Numbered from the stretch's first letter, positions 38,637-48,718 are shown. The stretch is 64,000 nucleotides of DNA from Candidatus Helarchaeota archaeon (GCA_019058315.1 JAHPZH010000008.1:1-64000), one strand, 5' to 3'. Program-made: numbers and translations. Notes: generated by a model from the sequence alone, not told the origin.

Positions 38637-39575
38637 TTATCCATGAAAATAAACTGACCCTAACTTATCTTGAGTACAGGATAAACATTTTTCTAAACCT
38701 GGTACTCCCATAGCATCAGCACGACACTGCTTACATACTCTAAATTGAGGCAAGTATTTGAGAGAGATACTTCTTGCTTTGTTTAATTGTTCAGCTGTGG
38801 GTTTGGGCATATATTTAAAAAGATATATGGGTATTAGTGGAATAATATTATGTATTACAGCCCCTCGCTTTGCTGCCTCTAGAGAAATTTTCTCTATTTC
38901 ATCAGAATTAATTTCTGGGATTAAAACGGTGTTAATCTTAACTAACATACCCGCAGCACTCGCTTTTTCAACCCCTTCCATTTGCTTTTCTAATAATAAT
39001 TTTGCACCATCTGTTCCTGTAAGTGTTTTATTTTTATAAATAACAAAGGCATAAATTTTACTTGCTACTTCAGGATCCACAGCATTAATAGTTACTGTTA
39101 CTGTTGAAACTCCCACTTTTTTTAATTCATCAACTTTTTCTGCTAGGAGTAATCCATTACTTGCAACACATTTAATTAAATGAGGAAATTCTTCATGAAC
39201 TAATCTAAAAGTTTCAAATGTATTTGGATTTGCTAGTGGCTCTCCCGGTCCCGCAATTCCAACCACCTTAATTTGAGGCATTTTTTTCAAAGCTGTTCTT
39301 AGAACCTCAAGAGATTCTATGGGTTTTAAAACACTTGCCGAAACTCCAGGTCTATTTTCGCTTTTATTGATATCCCTTTTACAATAGTTGCATTGTATAT
39401 TACACACAGGAGCTACGGGAAGATGAATTCTTCCTGTTTTAAAGTGTGCTCTCTCACTGTAACATGGATGAATTGATCTACTAATTAAATCTTCAATATA
39501 TTTACGATTAACTCCGTCAACCCTCGAAACATTTTTTAATCTGGAAATAATTTCCTCATTTGTTAATTCCGCTAT
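38637..39575 (-). CDS. nifB: NifB-like radical SAM protein (stand-alone, no NifX domain)
   Basis: Extending the frame upstream gives HPCYSERAHFKTGRIHLPVAPVCNIQCNYC; ENRPG, IAGPGEPL, TVTINAVD, C-terminal CKQCRADA; probable ATA start at 39575. Confidence 0.85.
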   Translation of the reverse strand: MAELTNEEIISRLKNVSRVDGVNRKYIEDLISRSIHPCYSERAHFKTGRIHLPVAPVCNIQCNYCKRDINKSENRPGVSASVLKPIESLEVLRTALKKMPQIKVVGIAGPGEPLANPNTFETFRLVHEEFPHLIKCVASNGLLLAEKVDELKKVGVSTVTVTINAVDPEVASKIYAFVIYKNKTLTGTDGAKLLLEKQMEGVEKASAAGMLVKINTVLIPEINSDEIEKISLEAAKRGAVIHNIIPLIPIYLFKYMPKPTAEQLNKARSISLKYLPQFRVCKQCRADAMGVPGLEKCLSCTQDKLGSVYFHG

Positions 39576-39667
39576 TTATATCACTTCTTAAAAAATTTGT
39601 TTGTTCCAATTAAAAAAGAAAAAATCATTTTTTTAACATTTCGACAACTATAATATTTATTACTTAG

Positions 39668-39943
39668 GTGAAGATTACGAATTTATCGAAAAAAATTAAA
39701 TATATTCGAGATACACTATTGGAAATTATTTCTCGACTTAATTTAGCATTTAATAAAAAGGCAAATTTTAAAAATTTAGCTACTGTACTTCATGAAAATA
39801 ATCTTATAAATGAAAACTATTACCAGAAAATCGTAACTCTCGATTCAATTAATGAAAAGGATTTAGGAAGTTTGGAATCATTAAAAATTGAATTAAATGA
39901 TATTCAATTATATTTAGAAATGCGGTTTTACCATTATATATAA
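39668..39943 (+). CDS. Hypothetical small helical protein
   Basis: 91-aa ORF; weak resemblance to HEPN/DUF86 helices but no RxxxxH. Confidence 0.45.
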   Translation: MKITNLSKKIKYIRDTLLEIISRLNLAFNKKANFKNLATVLHENNLINENYYQKIVTLDSINEKDLGSLESLKIELNDIQLYLEMRFYHYI

Positions 39944-40045
39944 TTTTTTTAGTTTTCTCATAAAATGTGAACAATATTTTTTCCGAGCTTTTTTTCGAAA
40001 AATTCGTAAATTTTTTATATGATCACTTATTGAAATAATATAGAA

Positions 40046-40064
40046 TAGTCACAATTTGTGACTA
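40046..40064. promoter_or_regulatory. Perfect 9-1-9 palindrome, putative repressor operator of hsp20
   Basis: TAGTCACAA-T-TTGTGACTA, ~25 nt downstream of TATA-like TTTTTATAT (~40012-40020) and 40 nt upstream of the hsp20 ATG. Confidence 0.6.
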
Positions 40065-40103
40065 ATGAGAATTGATTAAAAATTTATTTTGAGGTGATTT
40101 TTA

Positions 40104-40568
40104 ATGGCTGAATCAAAAGATAAATTGGCTAAAAGATCAGGTAGGTATTTTGGAATTTTAAGACCTTTTCGTAGCTTTTTCGATGATATTTTCACGGATG
40201 ATTTTTTCTTAACACCTTTTGAGATGGAATTTCCCGAATTCAGATTTCCGTTAATGGACCTCAAGGAAGAAGAAAATCATTATATTTTAGAAACGGAAAT
40301 TCCAGGTCTTAGTAAGGATGAAATCAGTATTGAAGTGAAAAATAATAAATATGTTGAAATTAAAGGTGAAAAAATAGAACACGAAGTAGAGGAAGAAGAA
40401 GGAGAATATATTCATAAAGAACGAAGTAAAACCTCATTTTATCGTAGTTTATATTTGCCTTCAGAGATTGACAGTGAAAAAGTCGAAGCTATGTCAGAAA
40501 ATGGAGTATTAAAAATAACCTTTCCTAAAAAAGAAACAGAACCACCGAAAAAAATAGAAGTTAAATAA
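40104..40568 (+). CDS. Hsp20/alpha-crystallin small heat shock protein
   Basis: PLMDLKEEENHYILETEIPGLSKDEI, FYRSLYLP, ENGVLKITFPK; SD GAGGTGA. Confidence 0.93.
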   Translation: MAESKDKLAKRSGRYFGILRPFRSFFDDIFTDDFFLTPFEMEFPEFRFPLMDLKEEENHYILETEIPGLSKDEISIEVKNNKYVEIKGEKIEHEVEEEEGEYIHKERSKTSFYRSLYLPSEIDSEKVEAMSENGVLKITFPKKETEPPKKIEVK

Positions 40569-40610
40569 TTTTACTATTATTTTTTCTATTTTTAATTTAT
40601 TTTTTTTTGA
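40569..40610 (+). terminator. U-rich terminator region after hsp20
   Basis: Multiple T-runs immediately after the stop codon. Confidence 0.4.
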
Positions 40611-40727
40611 TTATCAAATAATTCAAATATTTTTTTTAATTTATGCTGGAAAAAAAAACTGTACTAAAATTAAGAGGAAAAATAAAAAAAGGGGAAGAAA
40701 ACTGGTATATAGATTTTATTAAGACGT

Positions 40728-41966
40728 TTAAATCTTTTTCATGTATATCTTTTCAATAATTCCAATTATTTTTTTCAGTCCTTCTTTTAGATCTTCGTCT
40801 GGTAACGCCAAACTAATTCTAATACATTCTTTCGTATGATTCCATGGTTTTTTTAGTCCTAAGAAGAAGAATGATCCAGGTACAATGAACACTTTTTGTT
40901 TCTTTAACATTTCATATAATTGTAGATCACTTATTGGTAAGTTTTCGAACCATAACCACATAAAGAAGGTTCCTTTTCCCACATGAATATTAACTGGTAT
41001 GTCTGAATTCAGATTTTCTAGAATAATCTTTTCCGCAATTTCTCGTTTTCTTCTATATAATGGATTTACAATTTTTTCACATATATCCATTAATTTGCCA
41101 GATCTTAAACCATGCAGTGCTAATCCCTGACCCAAACGACTCGAATGTAGACATATATTTGATTGAATATTTTCAAGCTTACTAATTAGATCTGAGTTAC
41201 CCACAATCACTCCAATTCTAGATCCTGGGAGACCGGCTTTAGAGAATGAGAAAATATTTAAAATATTATCTCTAAAAATTGGTTTTGCTTTATGGAATTG
41301 TAAATTAGGAATTGGAGCAAGATATGCGCCATCCATAGTTACTATTGCCTCTTTTTCTGTTGCGATTCTTATAATATCTTTAACTTCGTTCTCAGATAAA
41401 ATGTTTCCAGTAGGATTATTTGGGCGTGATAATAAAATCATTCCTATATTTTCATCTATTAAATTCTTTATTTCTGGATTTAGACTATATTGAAATTTGT
41501 TTTCTTTAAGATATGTAATTTTAGGCTTCAGACCAATTATTGTATTAGGTTTAATAGGCAGTTTTTGATAACCAGTATATTCTGGCAATATTGGGCATAA
41601 GATCTTTTTAAATTCTCCGTGGGATTGTCCAGAAAAAGCATTTACCGCATAAAAATATGCAATTTGAGAGCCTGGAGTTACCAGAATGTTTGATTCATCA
41701 ATGTTCCACCCATAATATTTATTACAATACTGTGCAAATGTTTCCAAAAAAGGTTCATACCCAGGTGTTGAACCATATCTGCAAATTAATTCTCCAAATT
41801 CATCAGTCTTCATCATATCATTGCAATATTCCTTCCAAAGTTCATTCATTTCTTTTATTATAAGTGGATTGCCAGCAGCTAACAAATAGATTTTAGATTC
41901 ACTTGATTGTTTTATAGACTGCTTAATATCGGACATTATAGTCCGTACACCAGATTTGGCATTCAT
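40728..41966 (-). CDS. avtA: Valine--pyruvate transaminase-like class I/II aminotransferase
   Basis: SGVRTIMSDI, AGNP, PGSQIAYFY, SRPNNPTGN, DGAY, SFSKAGLPGSRIG, FFMWLWF; true start probably ~41987-41993. Confidence 0.8.
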   Translation of the reverse strand: MNAKSGVRTIMSDIKQSIKQSSESKIYLLAAGNPLIIKEMNELWKEYCNDMMKTDEFGELICRYGSTPGYEPFLETFAQYCNKYYGWNIDESNILVTPGSQIAYFYAVNAFSGQSHGEFKKILCPILPEYTGYQKLPIKPNTIIGLKPKITYLKENKFQYSLNPEIKNLIDENIGMILLSRPNNPTGNILSENEVKDIIRIATEKEAIVTMDGAYLAPIPNLQFHKAKPIFRDNILNIFSFSKAGLPGSRIGVIVGNSDLISKLENIQSNICLHSSRLGQGLALHGLRSGKLMDICEKIVNPLYRRKREIAEKIILENLNSDIPVNIHVGKGTFFMWLWFENLPISDLQLYEMLKKQKVFIVPGSFFFLGLKKPWNHTKECIRISLALPDEDLKEGLKKIIGIIEKIYMKKI

Positions 41967-42282
41967 CCAATTTAAAAAGTCGGAAATTAACGATTATAGA
42001 CACCTCCAAAGTTTTTAAAATATATATAGCCAAAAAAAATCGTTAAAAATAGATTGGTTTGTAATGGAAAAATTTTATTTGGCATATGGTGTGATGATGG
42101 CTTTTCTAATGTTCGGGATAACAAAAGACCACCCCATTTTTCACACCATTAGATTAAATTTATCCATTAGTATAAAGGAATCCCTAGGCTTAAATAAAAA
42201 GGTTTTGATTTTATGTATTAGAGGTTTATAATTTTTCAATTTTTATAAATTATTAATAACTAAAAACTGGAGTCATATTAAT

Positions 42283-43125
42283 TTGAAGTTTCCATGGGCA
42301 AAATCATCATTTGAAGAATCGGATTGTGTAATTATAGGAGTACCTGACGAAAGTGGAAGCCGTGCTTCAAGAGTGGGAGCACAATTGGGGCCATATTTTA
42401 TAAGAAAAGTTTCTAGTAGCCGTGATGTTTATGGACCCACTCGAATTGCACAATCTCTATCTGGAGAAATCAAAACTAAAATCCATGATTTAGGAGATGT
42501 AAAAAAAGAAGATGTAGAAAAGACTATTAGATATATTGTTGAGAATAATAAAGTTCCTGTTACCTTAGGTGGCGATCATTCAATCACCACTGAAGTATTA
42601 AAAGGATTTCCAACTGATAGGGAGATTAGCTTAATTTATATGGATGCTCATCCAGATATTATTTCGTCAGAAAGACATTATTTTGGTAGCGTAATTTTTG
42701 ACGTTTCCCAATTTAATAATATTAACATAACTGCGAGTGTAGAAGTCGGAATACGTGATCCAGAGGTAGAAGAAATTATAAATATTCGAAAATTAGGACT
42801 TAAAACTTTCACTACTTATGAAATTTACGATATTGGTATGAAAAATGTATTAAAAGAAATAGAAAAAATTGCCACAAAAAATATTTACTTATCGATTGAC
42901 ATGGATGTTTTAGATCCAGCTTTCGCTCCAGGAGTTGGTAGCCCGTCCCCCGGTGGTATTTCTGCTGTCAGATTAATGTATTTAGTTAAGAATATCGCAT
43001 CATGGGGGCGTCTTGTTGGAATAGATATCATGGAAACTAATCCAAAATATGATATACAAGATATGACCAGTCATTTAGCAGCGAATATATTAATAGAAAT
43101 TCTAGCTGCATTGAAAATTAGATAG
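42283..43125 (+). CDS. speB: Agmatinase/ureohydrolase (arginase family)
   Basis: GGDHSIT, DAHPD, SIDMDVLDPAFAPGV, ETNP. Confidence 0.8.
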   Translation: MKFPWAKSSFEESDCVIIGVPDESGSRASRVGAQLGPYFIRKVSSSRDVYGPTRIAQSLSGEIKTKIHDLGDVKKEDVEKTIRYIVENNKVPVTLGGDHSITTEVLKGFPTDREISLIYMDAHPDIISSERHYFGSVIFDVSQFNNINITASVEVGIRDPEVEEIINIRKLGLKTFTTYEIYDIGMKNVLKEIEKIATKNIYLSIDMDVLDPAFAPGVGSPSPGGISAVRLMYLVKNIASWGRLVGIDIMETNPKYDIQDMTSHLAANILIEILAALKIR

Positions 43126-43174
43126 AATATAATTTATATTTTTGAATTATCTTAATTTTTTTTAGGGTATTAAT

Positions 43175-43729
43175 TTGAAAGAAAGTGAGCATGACTTTTC
43201 TTCAACTTTAGGAGTTACTTTAATCTTTTTGACTGCATTTCCAGCATTTTATTTGATATTATTAATATTATCAGGTTTTCTAAATGTTGATGTCGGTGGA
43301 TCTTTCGGAGGAATCGACTTTTTCTCAATGGGTTCTATAATTATTTCAGTTATTTCTTTGTGCTTTTGTGTCACATCTTCATTATTGTATTTTACTGGAA
43401 TTTTAAGTAGTAAAAATGTTTTAATTAAAATTGGGTTTGGGTTAGGGATACCATATTGTGCTTTAAGTATTATAGGGGGATTTTTTATTTTTATTGTTTT
43501 TAAAAAGACAAATGATTTAATTTGGTACTATATATTCTTAAATATACTAGATACTATCGGAGGAACAGGTCCCCATTTCCCATATGTTAGAATTCCTGAA
43601 CTCAGCGACTTTTTACAGATTTTTTATATTTTAAATGTAGTAATAGCAGTTATTTACCTTATTTTGAGTTCAATTATTCTTTATTCAAAGTTAAAGATTC
43701 CTTACTACAAGAACTTCAAGGAATATTAA
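43175..43729 (+). CDS. Hypothetical membrane protein (~4 TM)
   Basis: Multiple hydrophobic segments. Confidence 0.6.
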   Translation: MKESEHDFSSTLGVTLIFLTAFPAFYLILLILSGFLNVDVGGSFGGIDFFSMGSIIISVISLCFCVTSSLLYFTGILSSKNVLIKIGFGLGIPYCALSIIGGFFIFIVFKKTNDLIWYYIFLNILDTIGGTGPHFPYVRIPELSDFLQIFYILNVVIAVIYLILSSIILYSKLKIPYYKNFKEY

Positions 43730-43736
43730 TAAAAAA

Positions 43737-45575
43737 TCAAATTTTTAATTCCCTAATCACAAACTCCAACTTTAATTCTTTTAATTTTTCTTTTGTAGGT
43801 TTTCCATTTGCATCCCAACCCCTAAGTTCATAATATTTATCAAGAAGTTCATTATAATCTTTCATTTTCAAGGTCTGTCCTTTAGTAGGCCCTTTATCCA
43901 TGGGATTGGTCCATCTTTTTGGCGGTAGATCCCAACTACGATCGAATCCAGGAACTTCTCGAAACCAAAAACAGCGGGTTAAATTCCACACTTTTTCAGA
44001 TTTTTTTAATAATTCTGTTGTTGTTGTTTCAATTCCTGTAATTGCAGTATAAAATTTCGCGTAATAATCATAATCTAGTTGTGTCTCAACCCACGGAAAT
44101 CTACACACCCCTAATTGATCTAATAAAGGGCGTTTATGTTGCAGATCGATAACAAGTTCAGGTTTTCCATCTAATTTTTCACGACCCATCCGAACATCGT
44201 CCATAACAGCCCAAGATCGGTTATGATGAGCTCCAATATCAGCAGTCATAAATGATAGTGCCATAGCGGGAGCCATCCTTGAATCATAAGCCGAAGTTTC
44301 ATTATTTTTAACTTGAATAGCGAAATCTATTGAATTTTTATCCCACCTTTTTGCTAGAAATACCGTACCTTCAGCTAATAACTCCCCAATACCATTTTTA
44401 TTGGCAATTTTCTTAATTAAATCAAATACTAATTCAGCATCTCCAAATTTGAATTCTATTCCATTTGTATCCTTTGAGGTTATTATACCTCTTTGATAGC
44501 ACTCTATTGTAAAGGCTATAGTAGACCCTGTTGAAATTGTATCTAAACCTAAATTATTACATAGATAATTAGCATATTGTAAATCTTGAACATCATTAAG
44601 TTCTAAATTTGACCCTATCATTCCAGTTGTTTCATATTCTGTAAAATGGGTTTGGATTCCTCCATATTTTTTAAGTTCTACAATCATCCAACACCCAATT
44701 GGGCAGCCCCAGCATGTTTTATCTTTCACCATAGTTTCTCTTCTTTGGGTTTGTCCACTAATTTTTTCCCAATCATCATAGCTCCCATATTGAAAATTTT
44801 TATTTGGTAGTATAGCAAAATTGTGACACCAATCTACTACGTTGGTTGTGCCCCATTTATGGAAAGCTTCGAAAAATCCATGTGAACGAATCTGTTTTAT
44901 AGCTTCTTTATTTAATGATTTCAAAGTTTCAGGATCAGTCACTTCAGGGCGTTTTGAACCTTTTGCTATGATTGCTTTAATTTTTTTATTCCCCATAATT
45001 GTACCAACGCCCTCTCTTCCTGCATTTCTTCCCTCAGCGTGAGTTATACAAGCATATTTTACCCCATTTTCAGCAGCAGGGCCAATAGAAGAAACTTGAT
45101 GAGTTTCAGAATATTTTTCTTTTAAAATTTTTTCAGTCTCAACTGTTCCTTTGCCCCACAGATTTGAAGCATCCTCAATGCTGATTCCATCATCATTTAC
45201 TAAAATATAAACAGGTCTGTTTGCTTGATTATTGAAAATCAACGCATCATATCCAGCAAATTTCAACTGTGGAGCGAAAAAACCTCCCATCATAGAATCA
45301 GCATATCCTCCAGTATGGGGTGATTTAGTTCCGAAAATTGTCCTATTTGCTGCTGGAAGAGTATGTCCTGTTAAAATACCAGTAGCAACAATAAAAATGT
45401 TATTCGGGTTTAAGGGATCTGTTTCAGCTTTCAACTCATCCCAAAGTATTTTTGCAATAAAACCTCTTCCACCTAAATATTCCTTTGCAAATTCATCATT
45501 CAAAGGTTTTTCCGTGATTTTTTCTCGCTTTAAATCTATATAAGCGATTTTTCCAGCATAACCCTTAATGGGCAA
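43737..45575 (-). CDS. aor: Aldehyde:ferredoxin oxidoreductase (W/Mo-pterin)
   Basis: YLGGRG, KSPHTG, SIGPAAEN, GREGVG, CWGCPIGC, EYET, GLDTIS, YYELRGWD. Confidence 0.92.
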   Translation of the reverse strand: MPIKGYAGKIAYIDLKREKITEKPLNDEFAKEYLGGRGFIAKILWDELKAETDPLNPNNIFIVATGILTGHTLPAANRTIFGTKSPHTGGYADSMMGGFFAPQLKFAGYDALIFNNQANRPVYILVNDDGISIEDASNLWGKGTVETEKILKEKYSETHQVSSIGPAAENGVKYACITHAEGRNAGREGVGTIMGNKKIKAIIAKGSKRPEVTDPETLKSLNKEAIKQIRSHGFFEAFHKWGTTNVVDWCHNFAILPNKNFQYGSYDDWEKISGQTQRRETMVKDKTCWGCPIGCWMIVELKKYGGIQTHFTEYETTGMIGSNLELNDVQDLQYANYLCNNLGLDTISTGSTIAFTIECYQRGIITSKDTNGIEFKFGDAELVFDLIKKIANKNGIGELLAEGTVFLAKRWDKNSIDFAIQVKNNETSAYDSRMAPAMALSFMTADIGAHHNRSWAVMDDVRMGREKLDGKPELVIDLQHKRPLLDQLGVCRFPWVETQLDYDYYAKFYTAITGIETTTTELLKKSEKVWNLTRCFWFREVPGFDRSWDLPPKRWTNPMDKGPTKGQTLKMKDYNELLDKYYELRGWDANGKPTKEKLKELKLEFVIRELKI

Positions 45576-45605
45576 AATTAATCCTCCTCTTCATTCAAAA
45601 TAAAT

Positions 45606-46919
45606 TTAACAAGATTCTTTCAATACTTCATCCAAAATGTTTAATCCTTCTGTAGCTAATTCTTCATCAATATTTAGTGGAGGCATAATTCTAATAACCG
45701 AAACTCCAGCAGGCAGTAAAATTAATCCTTTTTTAAGTGCTGCACTCATGATTTTTTTGGGAAGTTCAAGATCTGGAGTTTTTAATTTTTTATCCTTTAC
45801 AAATTCAATACCCATCATAAGTCCTTTACCACGGACTTGTCCTATAGGCTCATAATCATTCTCAAATTCTTTAAGACGTTTCATAAAAAATTTACCCATC
45901 TTTGCGGAATTTTCAACCAATTTTTCTTCTTGCAAAATTTTAATGGTCTCAAATGCAGCAGCGCAGGCTAATGGATTACCTCCAAAGGTATTTGAATGCA
46001 TTCCTGATTCGTCAAAATTGTATTTACTATTAAATATTGTAGCTCCTATCGGAACTCCTGATCCTAACGATTTAGCAATGGTAATTATATCAGGTACAAC
46101 ATTCCAATGCTCAATAGCGAACATTTTACCAGTTCGTCCAAGACCAGCTTGAACTTCATCCATCACTAATGGAACTTGGTGTTCATCACAAATCTTCCTA
46201 ATATTTTCATGGAATCCTTCTGGAGGAACAACCATTCCACCTTCCCCCTGAATTGGCTCGGTGATAATTGCGGCGACTTTATCAGGAGGAAGAAAAGTCC
46301 TAAATATTACATCCTCAATATAATCTGCACAATAAAAACCACATTCACTTGGGCTTTCAAATTTACAGTGATAACAATTTCCATAAGGGACATGAGTGAC
46401 ATTTGACAGTAATGGTAGAAATTCCCGTCTATGTATGGGTTTACTAGCTGTTAATGCTAGGGAGCCCATCGTTCTTCCATGGAAAGCCCCAATAAATGCA
46501 ATAACATGTAAACAATTTCTTTGGGCTCTTGCTAGCTTTAAGGCAGCTTCTACTGATTCTGTTCCACTATTTGAAAAAAATACTTTTTTATCAAAAGTCC
46601 CAGGACTTATCTCACATAAGATTTTTGCTAACTTAACTTGAGTTTCGTTGTAAAAATCTTGGGGTGCAAAATGGATTAACTTATCCAACTGCTTTTTAAT
46701 TGCAGCCTTTAATCGAGGATGTTGATAACCAATATTAGCAACAGAAATCCCCGATGTAAAATCCAAATATTCATTTCCATCAATATCAATAAGTATACAT
46801 TTTTTACCAATTTCAGCTACAATTGGTGAAACTTTAGTTGAGTTACATAAATATTTTTGATCCATTTCAATTATTTTTTTAGATTTTGGACCAGGAGGAG
46901 GTATTTTAATCAATGGCAT
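45606..46919 (-). CDS. Class III PLP aminotransferase (4-aminobutyrate/putrescine/acetylornithine type)
   Basis: NSGTESVEAALK, FHGRT, EPIQGEGG, DEVQAGLGRTG, AKSLGSG, TFGGNP. Confidence 0.9.
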   Translation of the reverse strand: MPLIKIPPPGPKSKKIIEMDQKYLCNSTKVSPIVAEIGKKCILIDIDGNEYLDFTSGISVANIGYQHPRLKAAIKKQLDKLIHFAPQDFYNETQVKLAKILCEISPGTFDKKVFFSNSGTESVEAALKLARAQRNCLHVIAFIGAFHGRTMGSLALTASKPIHRREFLPLLSNVTHVPYGNCYHCKFESPSECGFYCADYIEDVIFRTFLPPDKVAAIITEPIQGEGGMVVPPEGFHENIRKICDEHQVPLVMDEVQAGLGRTGKMFAIEHWNVVPDIITIAKSLGSGVPIGATIFNSKYNFDESGMHSNTFGGNPLACAAAFETIKILQEEKLVENSAKMGKFFMKRLKEFENDYEPIGQVRGKGLMMGIEFVKDKKLKTPDLELPKKIMSAALKKGLILLPAGVSVIRIMPPLNIDEELATEGLNILDEVLKESC

Positions 46920-47109
46920 AGTTTACCCTCGAAGTGATCTAAATTACATTGAATAAAGAATATATAAAAAATTAGAGAAAAAAAAAAGAATTTAAATGAT
47001 TTTAAGCTTAGCTAGAGATAAGGCTTACTTACAAACGGATTAAGGACTACTCGAGTTAGATAAAAGGAAGAAATATAAAGTTTGCCGAATTAAAATTAGA
47101 AAGTTCTAT

Positions 47110-47307
47110 TTATCCGCCAGCAATCTTAGGCAAGATAATGACTTTTTCGCCTTCATTTATAATATGATTTAAACCAACTGTTTTACCATCAATCAGTACT
47201 GCAAAGTAACTTGATTCTAAATTTAATTCAGTTAAAAGATCACTAACAGCTGTTCTTTTTTCTAAAATTAATTCTGTCATAGTGGATTTTGTGGACATAA
47301 TATACAC
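47110..47307 (-). CDS. MoaD/ThiS-family ubiquitin-like sulfur carrier
   Basis: 65 aa beta-grasp pattern ending ILPKIAGG. Confidence 0.8.
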   Translation of the reverse strand: MYIMSTKSTMTELILEKRTAVSDLLTELNLESSYFAVLIDGKTVGLNHIINEGEKVIILPKIAGG

Positions 47308-47404
47308 CTTAAAAGAAAAAGAGTAATCTAAAAATATAAATGTTATTATTTTATAAGTAGAGCTTTATTTATAGAATAGAATAATAGTAAAGTTAGGATT
47401 ATCT

Positions 47405-48718
47405 ATGTTTGCAGATAATGAAGCAATTATAAACAGAATTTCACAATGTTTTAAAACTGGAAATGTCACAGGATTCATCGAATTATTTAATTCGATTTCC
47501 AAACAAGAATTAAGTCTTGATTTCCAAAAAATTATAAATTTGAAAGAAAAACTTGGAGGATTATTAGTTGTTGCATTACAAAGCTCAATCCAAACTTCCG
47601 ATTTTTCTTCATTCTTTAAAATATTAAGTATAATAAATAAATATCAGCTTGCAAAACAAGATAAAACTAAAGAAGAAATTTCAAATATCGATACTTCAAT
47701 CGCCTCTGATTCGTTTCTAGAAAATCTACATAATTTATTTGGAACTTTTACCAGTGATTTTATCAGTTTCATTAAAAACGATTTACCAATATTTAATATG
47801 AGATTCCTCATGGGTTTTACACCAGAATTCCTTCTAGAAATAAGTCAAAAAGATAGAATTGCCGAAATTAAATCTTATGTAGAAAATAATTTTTATTTAT
47901 ATGGATTTAGGGTTAGAAAAGTTGGGAATTTCGATAGTTATCTGAAAAATTATTATAATAATAGAAAACCATACAAAGAAAGTGGCTATTATTCCTTGAG
48001 AATTAAAGGGGGAGCTTCTCTTATTTCATCTCGTTTTTTCTTTGAATTTTATGATTCTATCCGAGAAACTCACTTAATAAGAGAGGATGTGTTTAATAGC
48101 ATAATTGAGCAATATCAGAATGAGGAAAGTGTTTTCGGATATCCCTGTGTTTCAATGGTAGTTTCTGGGGGTATTGGACCGCAAGGGAAAGGTTTTGCTT
48201 ATCTAACTCCACACAGTGAGGTCATTGAAGTATGTTCAGATGCTCGACAAAATAAAGCATATATAATTGAGTTCAAGAAATTCCTTAAATCAAGATTTTT
48301 ATCCGAATTAGAAAAAAAATTACAAACTAGAGGTATAGATATAGGTTTAATAGAAGAAATTATCGATTTTCTTAATTCTCTTATCAAAGTAGAATTTGTT
48401 AGTTCTTTGCAAATAAATCTGGTTTGGGATAAAATTGAAGCATATTTGGAAGAAAAGTTAGAAAAGGCAGACATATCAGAAGAATTTATTGTTTTTTTGG
48501 AAAAATCTATATATAATATATTGGTACCAGTTAAAATAGAAGATCAATTTAAAACCAGAATGGATCTAATTAAGGACAACAAACTTTCTGCCTCAGATAT
48601 TTCAAAGCTTGTATCTCTTGGTAGTATATCACATTTCGATATCTTATGTCAACGGCGCTTTTTCTTAAATTTATTGGATAACATGATGGTAATTTATCTG
48701 CGGGAAGGAAAACTATAA
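47405..48718 (+). CDS. Hypothetical protein
   Basis: 437-aa ORF with conserved-looking core SGGIGPQGKGFAYLTPHSEVIEVCSD; no family recognised. Confidence 0.7.
   Translation: MFADNEAIINRISQCFKTGNVTGFIELFNSISKQELSLDFQKIINLKEKLGGLLVVALQSSIQTSDFSSFFKILSIINKYQLAKQDKTKEEISNIDTSIASDSFLENLHNLFGTFTSDFISFIKNDLPIFNMRFLMGFTPEFLLEISQKDRIAEIKSYVENNFYLYGFRVRKVGNFDSYLKNYYNNRKPYKESGYYSLRIKGGASLISSRFFFEFYDSIRETHLIREDVFNSIIEQYQNEESVFGYPCVSMVVSGGIGPQGKGFAYLTPHSEVIEVCSDARQNKAYIIEFKKFLKSRFLSELEKKLQTRGIDIGLIEEIIDFLNSLIKVEFVSSLQINLVWDKIEAYLEEKLEKADISEEFIVFLEKSIYNILVPVKIEDQFKTRMDLIKDNKLSASDISKLVSLGSISHFDILCQRRFFLNLLDNMMVIYLREGKL

Noticed and set aside
42091-42150. GTGATGA box C motif suggesting a C/D box sRNA
   Set aside because: No downstream CTGA box D at a suitable distance.
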